Assembly: GCF_001194135.2 (NCBI RefSeq)
Contig: NC_068992.1
Location: 26,291,071-26,355,070 of the forward strand
Source of the DNA: Octopus bimaculoides
Lineage: Eukaryota
Direction of reading: 5' to 3'
Length of the DNA: 64,000 nucleotides
This document shows positions 51,671 through 64,000 of this stretch, piece by piece (positions within the stretch are counted from its first letter, which is position 1; each line of letters opens with the position of its first letter). The notes below the pieces were generated by a model that saw only the letters and a program-made list of their open reading frames with translations, ran no database searches and was not told the DNA's origin. Made by a program: the position numbers and the translations under genes.

Positions 51671-53092
51671 ATATATATATATATANNNNNNNNNNNNNNN
51701 NNNNNNNNNNNNNNNNNNNNNNNNNNNNNNNNNNNNNNNNNNNNNNNNNNNNNNNNNNNNNNNNNNNNNNNNNNNNNNNNNNNNNNNNNNNNNNNNNNNN
51801 NNNNNNNNNNNNNNNNNNNNNNNNNNNNNNNNNNNNNNNNNNNNNNNNNNNNNNNNNNNNNNNNNNNNNNNNNNNNNNNNNNNNNNNNNNNNNNNNNNNN
51901 NNNNNNNNNNNNNNNNNNNNNNNNNNNNNNNNNNNNNNNNNNNNNNNNNNNNNNNNNNNNNNNNNNNNNNNNNNNNNNNNNNNNNNNNNNNNNNNNNNNN
52001 NNNNNNNNNNNNNNNNNNNNNNNNNNNNNNNNNNNNNNNNNNNNNNNNNNNNNNNNNNNNNNNNNNNNNNNNNNNNNNNNNNNNNNNNNNNNNNNNNNNN
52101 NNNNNNNNNNNNNNNNNNNNNNNNNNNNNNNNNNNNNNNNNNNNNNNNNNNNNNNNNNNNNNNNNNNNNNNNNNNNNNNNNNNNNNNNNNNNNNNNNNNN
52201 NNNNNNNNNNNNNNNNNNNNNNNNNNNNNNNNNNNNNNNNNNNNNNNNNNNNNNNNNNNNNNNNNNNNNNNNNNNNNNNNNNNNNNNNNNNNNNNNNNNN
52301 NNNNNNNNNNNNNNNNNNNNNNNNNNNNNNNNNNNNNNNNNNNNNNNNNNNNNNNNNNNNNNNNNNNNNNNNNNNNNNNNNNNNNNNNNNNNNNNNNNNN
52401 NNNNNNNNNNNNNNNNNNNNNNNNNNNNNNNNNNNNNNNNNNNNNNNNNNNNNNNNNNNNNNNNNNNNNNNNNNNNNNNNNNNNNNNNNNNNNNNNNNNN
52501 NNNNNNNNNNNNNNNNNNNNNNNNNNNNNNNNNNNNNNNNNNNNNNNNNNNNNNNNNAGAGAGAGACATATTTCCATAAATGCCTGCATGTATACAACCA
52601 TATATGTAAATTATAAGAGAAATATTAGATATGTGATAACAAAATACAGAATATTTCCTAAATGCTACATCATATTTGCTAAGAAATATTTTTTTCAGTC
52701 GCATTTTCCAAAAAAAAAAAAAAATGGAAAGAAAAAAATTAACAAGTGCCTGTTCAAAGTATATTACATGTTGATACATGCAAGCATATTTTCTCTGACA
52801 TTTTCCATATCTCGGTATGTTGTAATAAATATGCTTCTATACTACCAATGGTATTCTTTAACAGAATACTACAGGCAAGTTTTAAAATAATGTAATTCAA
52901 TAAGAAAATCTAAAATTATTAGCATTAATCGATCTCTTATTTTATCTCATGTTGCTAGCTTCAGGCAGCTTACATATTAAAATCGATAAAGCTTGCTTCT
53001 GTCTTGTTCTTGTGGTATAGCTTCAGATGCACTAAAAGATACATATTCGCGCATATGTGAGTTTGTATGTGTGTGTATATGTATACGCATAC

Positions 53093-53151
<59 letters not shown>

Positions 53152-53160
53152 GAGATAGAC
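53093..53160. repeat. (GATA)n microsatellite
   Basis: Directly visible. Confidence 0.96.
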
Positions 53161-53729
53161 TGGCGGAAAGACACTCAGACAGACACACAGACAGACACCC
53201 AGACGTCATATTCCTATAATAGACACCACTACACTGATGACAATTCATTGGTCTCTTGTTTCATACTGCGTTTCTAATTTCCTCTAAACCGCGATTACTT
53301 TGTTTGCTTTTATACATTACAATATTAACACTAGAATCAACAAGATCCTGTTCTTAGTGACAACTCTATTTTATATCATTGATTAAATTGGTAATTATTC
53401 GAGACTGTCAGGTCAATCTCATTAAAAATTTTGTAAGATATTTCTTTAAAAATAAGCATGGAAGTATTCAATAAAAATTTCATAATTATATTTTTAAACT
53501 GTTTTCAATTTATTTTTCTCCCAAATGCTATGTCTTAATCTTATTATAAATAGCTTTTTCTTCATAGTTTTTCACAATCTAACTATTTATCTCGCTTCCC
53601 TTAGGTGACTAGTTTGATGTTTCTCCTGAAAGAAGCTCTGTTGAATATTCTCGAAACATTGAATTTGCTGACTAACTAAACTGTTAATTAATCATTGCTT
53701 CAATATTTAAATATACACATTTTATCTTT

Positions 53730-54243
53730 TATCTTTTCCTTGTTTCAATTGTACACTGCGGCCATGCTGGAGCACTTCCTTGGAGTATTTAATTGAAACG
53801 AATCAACCCCAGTAACTACATGTAGTTTCCAAGCCTGATACTTTACTTTATCGGTGTTCTTTGTTGAACTACGAATCTACAGGGATGTAAATACACCAAC
53901 ACCATTTGTCAAGTGGTGGTGAGAGGTACAAAGACACAAATACACACGCACACATTTATCTATCTGTTGCTCTATGTAAGGTGGCATATAAATTAAAGAA
54001 TTAAATTTAATGCTATGCATCTTCGTACGAATCCTTGTTATTAATATTATTTATATATATATACTGAGATCTTCTTTCAGTTTCCGCATTCCGGATCCCT
54101 TCACAAGGCTTTGGTCGACCCGAGACTATAGTAGAAGACATCGGCGGACGGTACCACGCAGAGCGTGGAGCAATGAGTTTGGAGCAATGCGGAGCAATGT
54201 GTTTGGCAAGCAAACATCTCACCCCACAGCTACGCTTGCTCCT
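53730..54243 (-). mobile_element. SINE family B, degenerate and split by inserted sequence
   Basis: tgcggccatgctggagcac...aatcaaccccag and ttctttcagtttccg...tcacaaggctttggtcgacccgagactatagtagaagaca. Confidence 0.82.
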
Positions 54244-55159
54244 ACATATAATATAACGAGGCCTGTTGTCGGTTCACTGCATTACTGTTTAGATATGTAA
54301 ACAGCGCGAGTATAATATATAATTAATGAGAAATATACTAATTTCGAATCCTGGGATGAAATATTTTCGAAGCAGCCGTGCACATCATCTAAATTAATAA
54401 GGTTGACAGAAGCTTACTTGAGGTCGCTATCGTATCAATTTTACACTCCTCTTTACGGATGAGTGTGCGAATCATTCTATTCTGAGATAAACATTGCCTT
54501 TGTGAGTTCCTTCTGTTTCATTTTGTCCTGGAAGTTCTTTTCTCTTTTCTTATGTTACATATAAATTAGATACATGTTGTATCATTTGTACATGTCAAAA
54601 GAACTGCGGTAGACTTATATTTCTTCCTTTCGGAACCGATAAAATAACTACCATTTCTGCGCTGGAGTTAAAATAATCGACTTAGCCTTCCCACTAATGT
54701 TGCTGCCTTATGGCAAGACTTCAAAGAATTATATGTTACAAGAGTAACTAATCACGAGGCTCACGTTAAGTTTTATTGTTAACGTTAAGTGAATGATTAA
54801 CTTCGCCACCAAAATATGATTGAACAGCGTTCAAACGCTACTACGTGAGCGCGCTCAATTTTTGACGTTCTTTATACTTCGTTCTCGTAATTACTCTGTA
54901 AATGGTTTTAGAAAGTGCCTGGAAAGGAAGAAATGTGCCGAATTTTTCTGAAGGTGACTTTATTAACGCAAGCTTCTCTTCTAGACTTCATTCTTGTAAC
55001 TACTCAGAAAATAATTTTAGGAAATGCGTAAAAGGGAAGAATTAAGTCAAATTTTTGTGACATTGATTTAATTAGGGCAAACTCTCTGAAAACTACAGAT
55101 GTAAACGAATATATATTAGGATGTATGTATTTAAATGTTCTTAATAGTTATAAGGTGTG

Positions 55160-55378
55160 AGGCGATGAGCTGACAGAATCGTTAGCCCGCCGAGCAAAAT
55201 GCTTAACCGCATTCCGTCAGTCTTTATATTCTGACTTCAAGTTACGTCGAGGTCAACTTTGCCTTTCATCATTTCGGAGTCGACAAAATAATGAATACCA
55301 GTTGAGCATTGAGGTCATAATAATCAACTTAACACCTCTTCCAACATTGCTGGCTTTGTGCCAATGTTTGAAACCAAT
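55160..55378 (+). mobile_element. SINE family A, full length
   Basis: aggcgatgagctgacagaatcgttagc head; cgaggtcaactttgcctttcatc core; gtgccaatgtttgaaacc tail. Confidence 0.9.
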
Positions 55379-55382
55379 TACG

Positions 55383-55505
55383 GACGTCGACTTTGCCTTC
55401 CATGCTTCGGGATGATAAAATAAGAACCACTTGAGGACTGGGGTCGATATAATCGACTTAACCTCTTCCCCGATCTTGCTGACCTTGCGCCAAAATTTGA
55501 AATGA
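55383..55505 (+). mobile_element. Tandem 5'-truncated SINE family A copy
   Basis: gtcgactttgccttccat...ctggggtcgatataatcgacttaacc...gcgccaaaatttgaaa repeats the 3' half of the preceding copy. Confidence 0.85.
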
Positions 55506-56688
55506 ATACTAGTTTTGAGAGTATGGTATAACTCGAGAGGGTTTTTAGAGATATTGTAATCCCATAAAATATACGTTTAAAACATTATTTTCACTTTTAG
55601 CACGAATAAAAATCACAATATTCTTTTGGCAGCAAGAAGGAAAACTTTGATGTTATTTTCAGAAATTGAGTATTTGGCCATTTTCATAGATTTGAAATAT
55701 TTTTCGTAGTACTTCAGTGATTTTGGTTTTGTTACAAGCAGCACATTAGCTTTTGTAATTATGATTAGTTATTTCTATTTACGTTGATTGTCGTTTTAAT
55801 TGGTTGATTGCTTAAAACACTAGTGTAATGGCCTGTTTACTTTATTTAATTTAGAAGTCATTAATATATTTTAATACGCAGAAGTTTATGTCAGTTTATG
55901 CCTGTTATTTAAATTACACTTATTAAGCACAAATTAACGTTTGTTTATAGTTTTATTTCATTTATCGTAATGAATTTTAGATATTATATCAATGAGTCTA
56001 GAATGGCTATATACATTTAATTTTTGCTATTATTTTGGGAAGGTAATTGTTGTCTTATGTATTGTAAGGTTTATGTTTTATCACAAATATTTTTTCCACA
56101 TGTTACGGGTACTGTGGAGACCGTTGTTCGATTGAATGTTAGTGTCTAGTTTTTTTTATCAAAATCGCAGAGATTCCCTGGAAATTAAATTATGATGGAA
56201 TATTTATATCCGTGTGGTTTGAATTGATGTCATTGTGATGTTCATGCAGTGGTTTTTAGGTTCACCTTTTGGTTCAGCTTTTATTATGCTAGGAATAATA
56301 GCCAAAATCCTTTATTAGCCACAAAAGTACTATCTTAGTAGGCTAAGAAGGGGGAGAGAAATCTGCCTCTGCATTAAAAATTCGAAATCACGTACATGGC
56401 TATATTTGCGACCGTCGGGCACTTTGTCTCCCTTATTAGCTTGCTAAGTGCATTTGTGATTAATGAGTCGTTTTGACTCTTATTTCTAGCAATGCGGGTA
56501 CCACTTTGTATCCCTTCTGTCTTTAGTGACGTCCATAAGTTTACCTTTTGGTTGTTACATTGCTGATATGCCCCTCCCACATTATATATATATATATACA
56601 TATATGTATATATATATATATATATATGACCGTTGACCGAACACTATTCAATTTTTTTTCTCCGTGTTTTTCTCCTTGTCTCCGTATT

Positions 56689-56723
56689 CTTTCTGTTGGA
56701 GAGCGTAGCTCGAAACGTTAAAG
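56689..56723 (+). ncRNA. Degenerate minimal hammerhead-like motif in a (TA)n-flanked short repeat (about 56628-56820)
   Basis: Stem I CUUU/AAAG; stem II GAGC-GUA-GCUC; GAAAC-GUU palindromic stem III; core altered to CUGUUGGA. Confidence 0.5.
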
Positions 56724-56816
56724 ACTTTCCGTATTCCCGAGCGTCATACTAATACATCCTTTTGTTGTTTACACCACCTGTACTCGTCTGTTGTTGTTTT
56801 TTTTTCGTACATTCTC

Positions 56817-56886
<70 letters not shown>

Positions 56887-57779
56887 GCATACTTTGTATG
56901 TGTGTATGTGTCTGTGTGTGTGTGATGTATCCGTGTTTGCATATAGTAATATAGAAGGAAAGATAGTTCGTTTGTCAAAGCGGATATTTTGAATAGCTTT
57001 TAAAAATTATGTTTTGTGAATAAAAAGACAGGAATCTCCATTGGCAACTAAAGTATTGTTAATTACTCAATTAGTTAACGGTTTCAGCTATAATACTTGT
57101 GTAGCAATACTAATTTCAGACAAATTAAGACAATATATAATATCAATACTAATTGTGGCAATTCTTGAAGTTATGACAATCACTGTACAAAAAATTTTAA
57201 TGAATAGAAAATTTCTTCGCCATTTCTGATACAAAATGATACTAATTGCCAATCGACAAAAGTAAAATTGATGTTTTAAACTTGTCTGGTATTTTTATGG
57301 TAAAACATAAAGAAAAGCTGGAAATAATGAGATCTATACAGCCTAAAGAATTTGTTCATGTGTTTGCTTTTTCTTAATGGTTACTTCTCTCTGAAAATGT
57401 ACATATTTCACTAAATCGTTATAATTTTGCATATTACACAAGAAACTCGTCGAAAGCCAAAACAATTGGTTCATGATTTTCTGAAAGTATTACTTTTAAT
57501 TTCGTAATAATTTTGCTCTAATTTTCACTAGAATTCTTTCACTTGTTAACCGTTTATCTTTTCTTACATTTGACTTCGACTTTCTGTGTATATTTAAGTC
57601 TGGATGTATCTATCTGTGCAGTGGAATGCTTATGTTTAGTTGCGTTACGTTTGTACTTGTTTCGTTGCGTTTGCTATGTATGAATGGCGCTTGCATACAG
57701 AATCATTGCACACATAGTTACATAGAAAATATAATTATTTTCAATTGAATAATATCGGTAGATATTATTCGGTGCTCAT

Positions 57780-59210
57780 TAGAAAGTGCCTAGGCCTACC
57801 TCATATATGAAGCAGTTCAGATCTTTATCGTAAAATAGGCTCATTGCAGTTACCACTGGCGTCAATAGTCGAAATTTATAAACTACGGAAGATACGAATG
57901 GTTATGAGGCTGAGAGAGTCGAAGGACATGGAAATCAGGCGTAATCCACCAGACGTGAAAACAGCCAGGAAGTGGAAATCAGAAGCAGAGACTGATGACA
58001 TTCTGTCTTCTCTTACACACCGAGATATGGTGTGTGCAGCGCAAATTCGTCGGAAAGGGCTTGGTTTTGACGCAGATTGGTTCAGACTGTTTGCAAGTAT
58101 GATGAGGAGTGAACATAGATCTGTTGTTAGCACCAGCATCAGAAGAAGGGAAGCATAGATAAGAGAGCTTCATTTAATCCAATGCACTCAACAAGGACAG
58201 ATGACGAGATGGGAGTAACATGTTGTTCACAGAAAAATAAGTTGGAATGAGACGTAGAGGTGGAACACACCTCGGTTAAGTTTTCTGATTCGTTCATCCT
58301 ATGGCGTCTTACCATCACCTGCAAGTCTGGTAAGATTGAACGTCTCAGAGAATGATATATACAAATTCTGAAAGGTCGGAAAACTGAAACATATTCTCTC
58401 CAACTGTTCAATTGCATTGAATAGGTATACATGGAGACACAACCTGGTCCCAAAGGTTATCTTCAATACTATAAAAAACCAAACTGATCTCAACAACAGT
58501 GACAAAAAAACCCTTGAAATTACCAACTAGAGATTACATTATCTTCGTGTGCTCAGGACAGCAGATCTGTTTCAAGAAAAAAAAACTTCCTGTGAGTTAT
58601 GAAGGATGGAACGGTTATTGAGAGGTGGCTGAGGATTTGTCAGGGTGCCAGGGACTCTTTCCCGTCTCAGTCGCGAAAAACCAGACGTTTGGTGTGGTGT
58701 GAATGAAAGAAAGTTGTGAATCTAGTGGAGGTAACTGTTCCTCCTGAAGATAACATTGACACCGCTCGGGATCAAACGATTGACCGTTATGTAAACCTCC
58801 TCGAAGAATGTGAAGACGCAGCTTGGAAAGCGGAGAATTTTCCAATCGAAGTTGGACGTAGAGGGTTTGTTGGACAAAGTGTGAGGCGACTGTTGTTATT
58901 GATAGGCCTAACTCATCGTAAACTAAATACCACCATGACCCATATCCATACTACAGTGGAAAAGGCTAGCCACTGGATTTGGTTTAAAAGAGATGATGAG
59001 CGAAGGCTAGAAGAATATTGAGCTTTATTTCATTACCAGTTGATCTAGCAAGCGGGGCCTCATATCGGTGAAGGGGATGGTGGGCAATGATGCCGTCGAA
59101 AGGTAGGCCCCTAAACGGCGCACATTCTCTTCTGAAACCCCATACACTTGCTAGCTTCCAGTATGCGGAGCTTTCGACTGGTAGCACTTGCATGTGCAAA
59201 TTGTTTGAAA
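57780..59210 (+). mobile_element. HERO-like non-LTR retrotransposon 3' portion with restriction-like endonuclease and 3' UTR
   Basis: RKCLGLP...LQLPLASIVEIYK...SKD...TARKW...GLG; LVEVTVPPEDNI...RY..L.EEC...W....PIEVGRRGFVGQS...VEKASHWIW. Confidence 0.88.
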
Positions 59211-61466
59211 AACGTCTAGTTTATGGTCGGTTTGGAAGTTTGAAATCTAAATCAAGGAGTACAGAAGGCGTTTAAAAATTTGATATTTCCTTTATTATTT
59301 ATTATAAAGATACAAATTTAATATTTCTTTTGTAAACACGTTTAATATTTTCTTTATATTATAAAGACCTTACAATTTCTTATCACTGGTATCATTGTAT
59401 AGTGCTATTTCATCCTTTTTTTGAAATTGTCAGCACGGTATAAATCGAGGCAAATGACTTATGCTAAATGAAATATTTTTACAAAAGGTTCTCGTTGCCT
59501 CCACCTTACATCGAAAATTCATTGGAAGCTATAAACGCATGTCTGAGTAGGAGATAAATTTGCCGGCATAAACAAACGCTGCAATACATAAGATTTAAAT
59601 GTTACTTTCCCCACTCCAATACATATGTCTGGTTGATAAAGAATGTATATTATCATATTTAATATTACATTTTAGCTAATAATTTCACTGATCTTATACT
59701 CTGTTCCCTCATTAAGCAAGCAGAAATTTTGTAAAGAATTCCTTCATGAATTTATATGAAGTTGACTTCGCAATCATGACGGCTTTAACTTGGTACGATA
59801 CGATATAATGGTGTGGCAGTTCGGAAAATAGTGTTTTAACATCGATTTATTTCGTTCCACAAGTACGTGAACAAAAGTTGTTTCGTGGAAAAAGAAAGAC
59901 TGTGAAATAGACTAGAGTTGCAAAAGAAACAATCACGCAAATCAGAAACAGCAACATCCAGGGTATCTGAGAGGATTGCGTACAAATACCCATCGAATAT
60001 TCACACACTTGCTTTATAAGGACATGTATAGTTATGTACTTTTATCGAGTACGCGGAAAACTCATCCACAAATCCGAGGCGAGTCATTCCTATAAATATT
60101 TTGATCATCGTTTTCAAACATTTTATATTTTGAACATTATGGTAGGCCTAAGTGTCAAACATTTCGTATATATTCTAGACTGCTTTGTTACTTTGTTACT
60201 GGAAATAAATATATCTTTACATCTTTTTATCAATATATAAGTATATCTAGTTGATTTCGTTTAATAATGCTTTGTCTCGGTTAGTTAGTACAAGAAAAAA
60301 ACTCTTTCGAGAGTTCGTGTCATGAAATATGAAATTCCATGAAATATATTTTTTCCTGTTGACAGAGGTCGGTTGCCTATGAAATGTAAAATCTCTTGAT
60401 AGTAGACAAACATGAATATCTGAAAGACGAAATGTTCCGATGATGTATGTCAAGTAAAGTATCAGTGCCCTTATGAAAATATTGAATATCGATAAGATAT
60501 ATACCAGTGGCACCGAAGAGCAAACGTTTTATAACATGCAACATATGTGTGCGTGTGTGTGTGTATACATGTATACATAACAATACGTACGTAATATTAC
60601 ATATGTTGACATTTTCAACGTTTATACGTGTGTAGGCACATATAATCATGCAGCCACGTATACACACGTACACACACTCACATATACACGGATATTGAGT
60701 GGGTGATTGAGTGAGCGAGTGACTGAAAAAACGCGTGATCGACAGAAAGAGAGACAGAGATAAAAGCAATGACTATAATTATATAAAACTTAGTTGAAAT
60801 ATGGCCGATAGAAAAATGCAATACTCAATATATAACATAAAGAAAATATGAAATTATATATTCCCAGAGATCTTTAGTGATTTGTTTGAAAAACAATACG
60901 CAAGCAAAAATATTATATTTCTATACATGTTATATTTCATTTTGAAAAAATGTCTGGATGAGATTATTTGCTTGTGTTTATTTAATTTTTCCTGTAGTTT
61001 GCAAAACTTTAGAACACATTACTTTTTCATTTAAAACATGCAATTATTGTACTCAATATATCAAATATCTAATATCAAATTGGTAGAAACCAGAGTTCTT
61101 TGCATAGCAGAAGAATATAAAGAAGAATGTGTGACACTTATGTCGTGCATAAAAGTATTAGTGAAGTTATCGCTCTTATTGATGTCAAATGGTTGACAGT
61201 CTGGAGTGGTATATAACTTAAGTTACGTAACATCAAAAGAGCATTAAACAATAAAATATTAACAAGATGATCTTTATCAAGAAACGAATATAATTATTAG
61301 TGATGATAATTCTGTCATTGCTATGCTTTTGTTTAAGTAATCTCTGGTAATGTTATTACGTTTTATGTTTGATCCTCTGTATAAATATCACAGATGTCAA
61401 ATTCTATCTAATCAGGATCGTATGTATGAGTAAATATACATGAGCAATGACACTTACAGCTTGTAT

Positions 61467-61467
<1 letters not shown>

Positions 61468-61519
<52 letters not shown>

Positions 61520-62352
61520 NNNNNNNNNNNNNNNNNNNNNNNNNNNNNNNNNNNNNNNNNNNNNNNNNNNNNNNNNNNNNNNNNNNNNNNNNNNNNNNNN
61601 NNNNNNNNNNNNNNNNNNNNNNNNNNNNNNNNNNNNNNNNNNNNNNNNNNNNNNNNNNNNNNNNNNNNNNNNNNNNNNNNNNNNNNNNNNNNNNNNNNNN
61701 NNNNNNNNNNNNNNNNNNNNNNNNNNNNNNNNNNNNNNNNNNNNNNNNNNNNNNNNNNNNNNNNNNNNNNNNNNNNNNNNNNNNNNNNNNNNNNNNNNNN
61801 NNNNNNNNNNNNNNNNNNNNNNNNNNNNNNNNNNNNNNNNNNNNNNNNNNNNNNNNNNNNNNNNNNNNNNNNNNNNNNNNNNNNNNNNNNNNNNNNNNNN
61901 NNNNNNNNNNNNNNNNNNNNNNNNNNNNNNNNNNNNNNNNNNNNNNNNNNNNNNNNNNNNNNNNNNNNNNNNNNNNNNNNNNNNNNNNNNNNNNNNNNNN
62001 NNNNNNNNNNNNNNNNNNNNNNNNNNNNNNNNNNNNNNNNNNNNNNNNNNNNNNNNNNNNNNNNNNNNNNNNNNNNNNNNNNNNNNNNNNNNNNNNNNNN
62101 NNNNNNNNNNNNNNNNNNNNNNNNNNNNNNNNNNNNNNNNNNNNNNNNNNNNNNNNNNNNNNNNNNNNNNNNNNNNNNNNNNNNNNNNNNNNNNNNNNNN
62201 NNNNNNNNNNNNNNNNNNNNNNNNNNNNNNNNNNNNNNNNNNNNNNNNNNNNNNNNNNNNNNNNNNNNNNNNNNNNNNNNNNNNNNNNNNNNNNNNNNNN
62301 NNNNNNNNNNNNNNNNNNNNNNNNNNNNNNNNNNNNNNNNNNNNNNNNNNNN

Positions 62353-62394
<42 letters not shown>
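61468..62394. repeat. (CA)n, N gap, (TG)n
   Basis: Directly visible flanks of an 833-N gap. Confidence 0.93.
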
Positions 62395-62399
<5 letters not shown>

Positions 62400-62407
62400 A
62401 TATATAT

Positions 62408-62790
62408 AGGCACAGGAGTGGCTGTGCGGTCAGAAGCTTGCTTCCCATCACATGGTTCCGGGTTTAGTCCCACTGAGTAGCACCATGGGTAGGTGGCTTC
62501 TGCTATAGCATCAAGCCCAGCAAAGCCTTGTGAGTAGATTTGTTAACGGAAACTGAAAGAAGCCCATCGTATATACATATGTATGTATTTGTGTGTTTGT
62601 ATTTGTCCTCCCACCATCTCATAACAAACGATGTTTATGTCTTTACGTCCCTGTAGCCTAGCGGTTCGACAAAAGAAACCGATAACATAAGTTCTTACAA
62701 AGAATAAGTCCTGGAGTTGATTTGTTCGACTGTTAGTGGTGGTCTAGCATGGCCGCAGTCAAATGACTGAAAAGAGTTAAAGAGTAAAAT
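62408..62790 (+). mobile_element. SINE family B, full length
   Basis: ggcacaggagtggctgtgcgg head, ggtttagtccc B box, aaagagt tail. Confidence 0.92.
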
Positions 62791-62794
62791 AGTA

Positions 62795-62900
62795 TATACG
62801 TACGAAGGGCTTCTTTCAGTTTCCATCTACCAAATTCACTCACAAGACTTTGGTGAGTGAAACGCAGAAGAATCTGTTTGGTAAGCAAACTTCTTACCAA
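62795..62900 (-). mobile_element. Partial SINE family B, inverted relative to the adjacent copy
   Basis: gggcttctttcagtttccatctaccaaattcactcacaagactttgg. Confidence 0.85.
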
Positions 62901-63100
62901 CCAACCCCTTCAGCACACATACGTACATAATTAAGTGCGTGCACGAAGTACATCTAAATTCAATGAGCATTTTCAACGTGTCCGCAGCGAACTACTTTCA
63001 GACGACGTTTTCACAACACCGTCGATTCATTGACTTTGTGCTTATATATAAACATGCCTGTGTGTGTTGCACTTTCAGGCGCTTTAGACTTATATCATTA

Positions 63101-63290
63101 TAGGCGGTGAGCAGGCAGAATTGTTAGCACGCCGGGCAAAATTCTTAGCGGCATTTCATCCGTGTTTACGTTCTGAATTCAAATACCACCCGAGGTCGAC
63201 TTTGCCTTTCATACTTTCGGTGATAGATAAAATAAGTACCAGTTACGTACTGGTCTTGATGTAATCGACTGGTTCCCTCCCCTAAAATTC
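63101..63290 (+). mobile_element. SINE family A
   Basis: aggcggtgagcaggcagaattgttagcacgccgggc...cgaggtcgactttgcctttc...aagtaccagttacgtactgg. Confidence 0.92.
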
Positions 63291-64000
63291 CAATGAGAGG
63301 GAACATTTAGAGTAGAAAGGATTATATTTGTTTCAATTCTGTCTGTGTTCAAATGAACCTGATGTCAGGATTGTCTTTCAGTCACCCAAACACACTAAAT
63401 ATCGCACCAGATACGTACACGGGTATTTCTGATATTCTGTTTGAGTTTTCGCTGTATCACAGAAATAAATAGGTTGTTGCCAGTAATGGAAAATATAATA
63501 CACGCACTTACACATACTTTGTATATAAACGTGGATAGGATAGGTCTTAGGGCTGATAACAGTTTTATGAATTTTGTCGGCCGGAAATCCTTATCATATC
63601 TCCTTCAACTGAGAAAATATCTGCAAGATTTTTGATGACATTTTAATTACAACTTCTGGTTAAAATATCTCTGCTGGCTCTTGCATTGTTTCGACGCCAA
63701 TATTAAAATGTGAATTTAGATAGTATGGTTATATGATTCCCCTGTTTTATATCTGGTTGTTTTAAACCACACTTTCTAATTCTAATACATATTTGAATGC
63801 TAACATTAGATGAGCAACCAATCCAACTAATTCTAGATTAGATCACGTCGATGTCAAAAAAAAACATCTCATCAGTTTGAAGTCTTGCCTGTTTAAAATT
63901 TTAACTAGTGACGGTGAATTATATATTATGACTGATAAAATCCACCGAAACAACTGTTGTACAGTTTAAATGACATTTGTGCCTATATATATATATATAT

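Overview
AT-rich eukaryotic (animal) genomic DNA from a draft assembly with about 17 N-gaps, most of them abutting microsatellites. The SINE families and microsatellite density look like an octopus genome; this is recognition from memory, not a database result. I find no confidently intact protein-coding gene, no rRNA or tRNA gene and no CRISPR array. Most of the supplied ORF track is microsatellite or N-gap read-through. What the sequence supports well is transposon debris: four tRNA-derived SINE families (about 19 copies), two mariner and two maT/DD37D-like transposase relics, several MITEs, five R4/Dong-like restriction-endonuclease LINE fragments tied to (TAA)n tracts, a HERO-like element plus a second 3'-end copy, RTE-like and L1/Tx1-like fragments, and a Penelope-like RT fragment. 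Two short microsatellite-embedded repeats carry minimal hammerhead ribozyme folds. The most interesting but least certain reading is that much of the unique DNA between repeats is a decayed array of single-exon Toll-like/LRR receptor genes (signal peptide, 24-residue LRRs, LRRCT, TM and TIR-like motifs in order). That rests on by-eye translation, and AT-rich DNA mimics these motifs, so it needs profile searches against a shuffled control.
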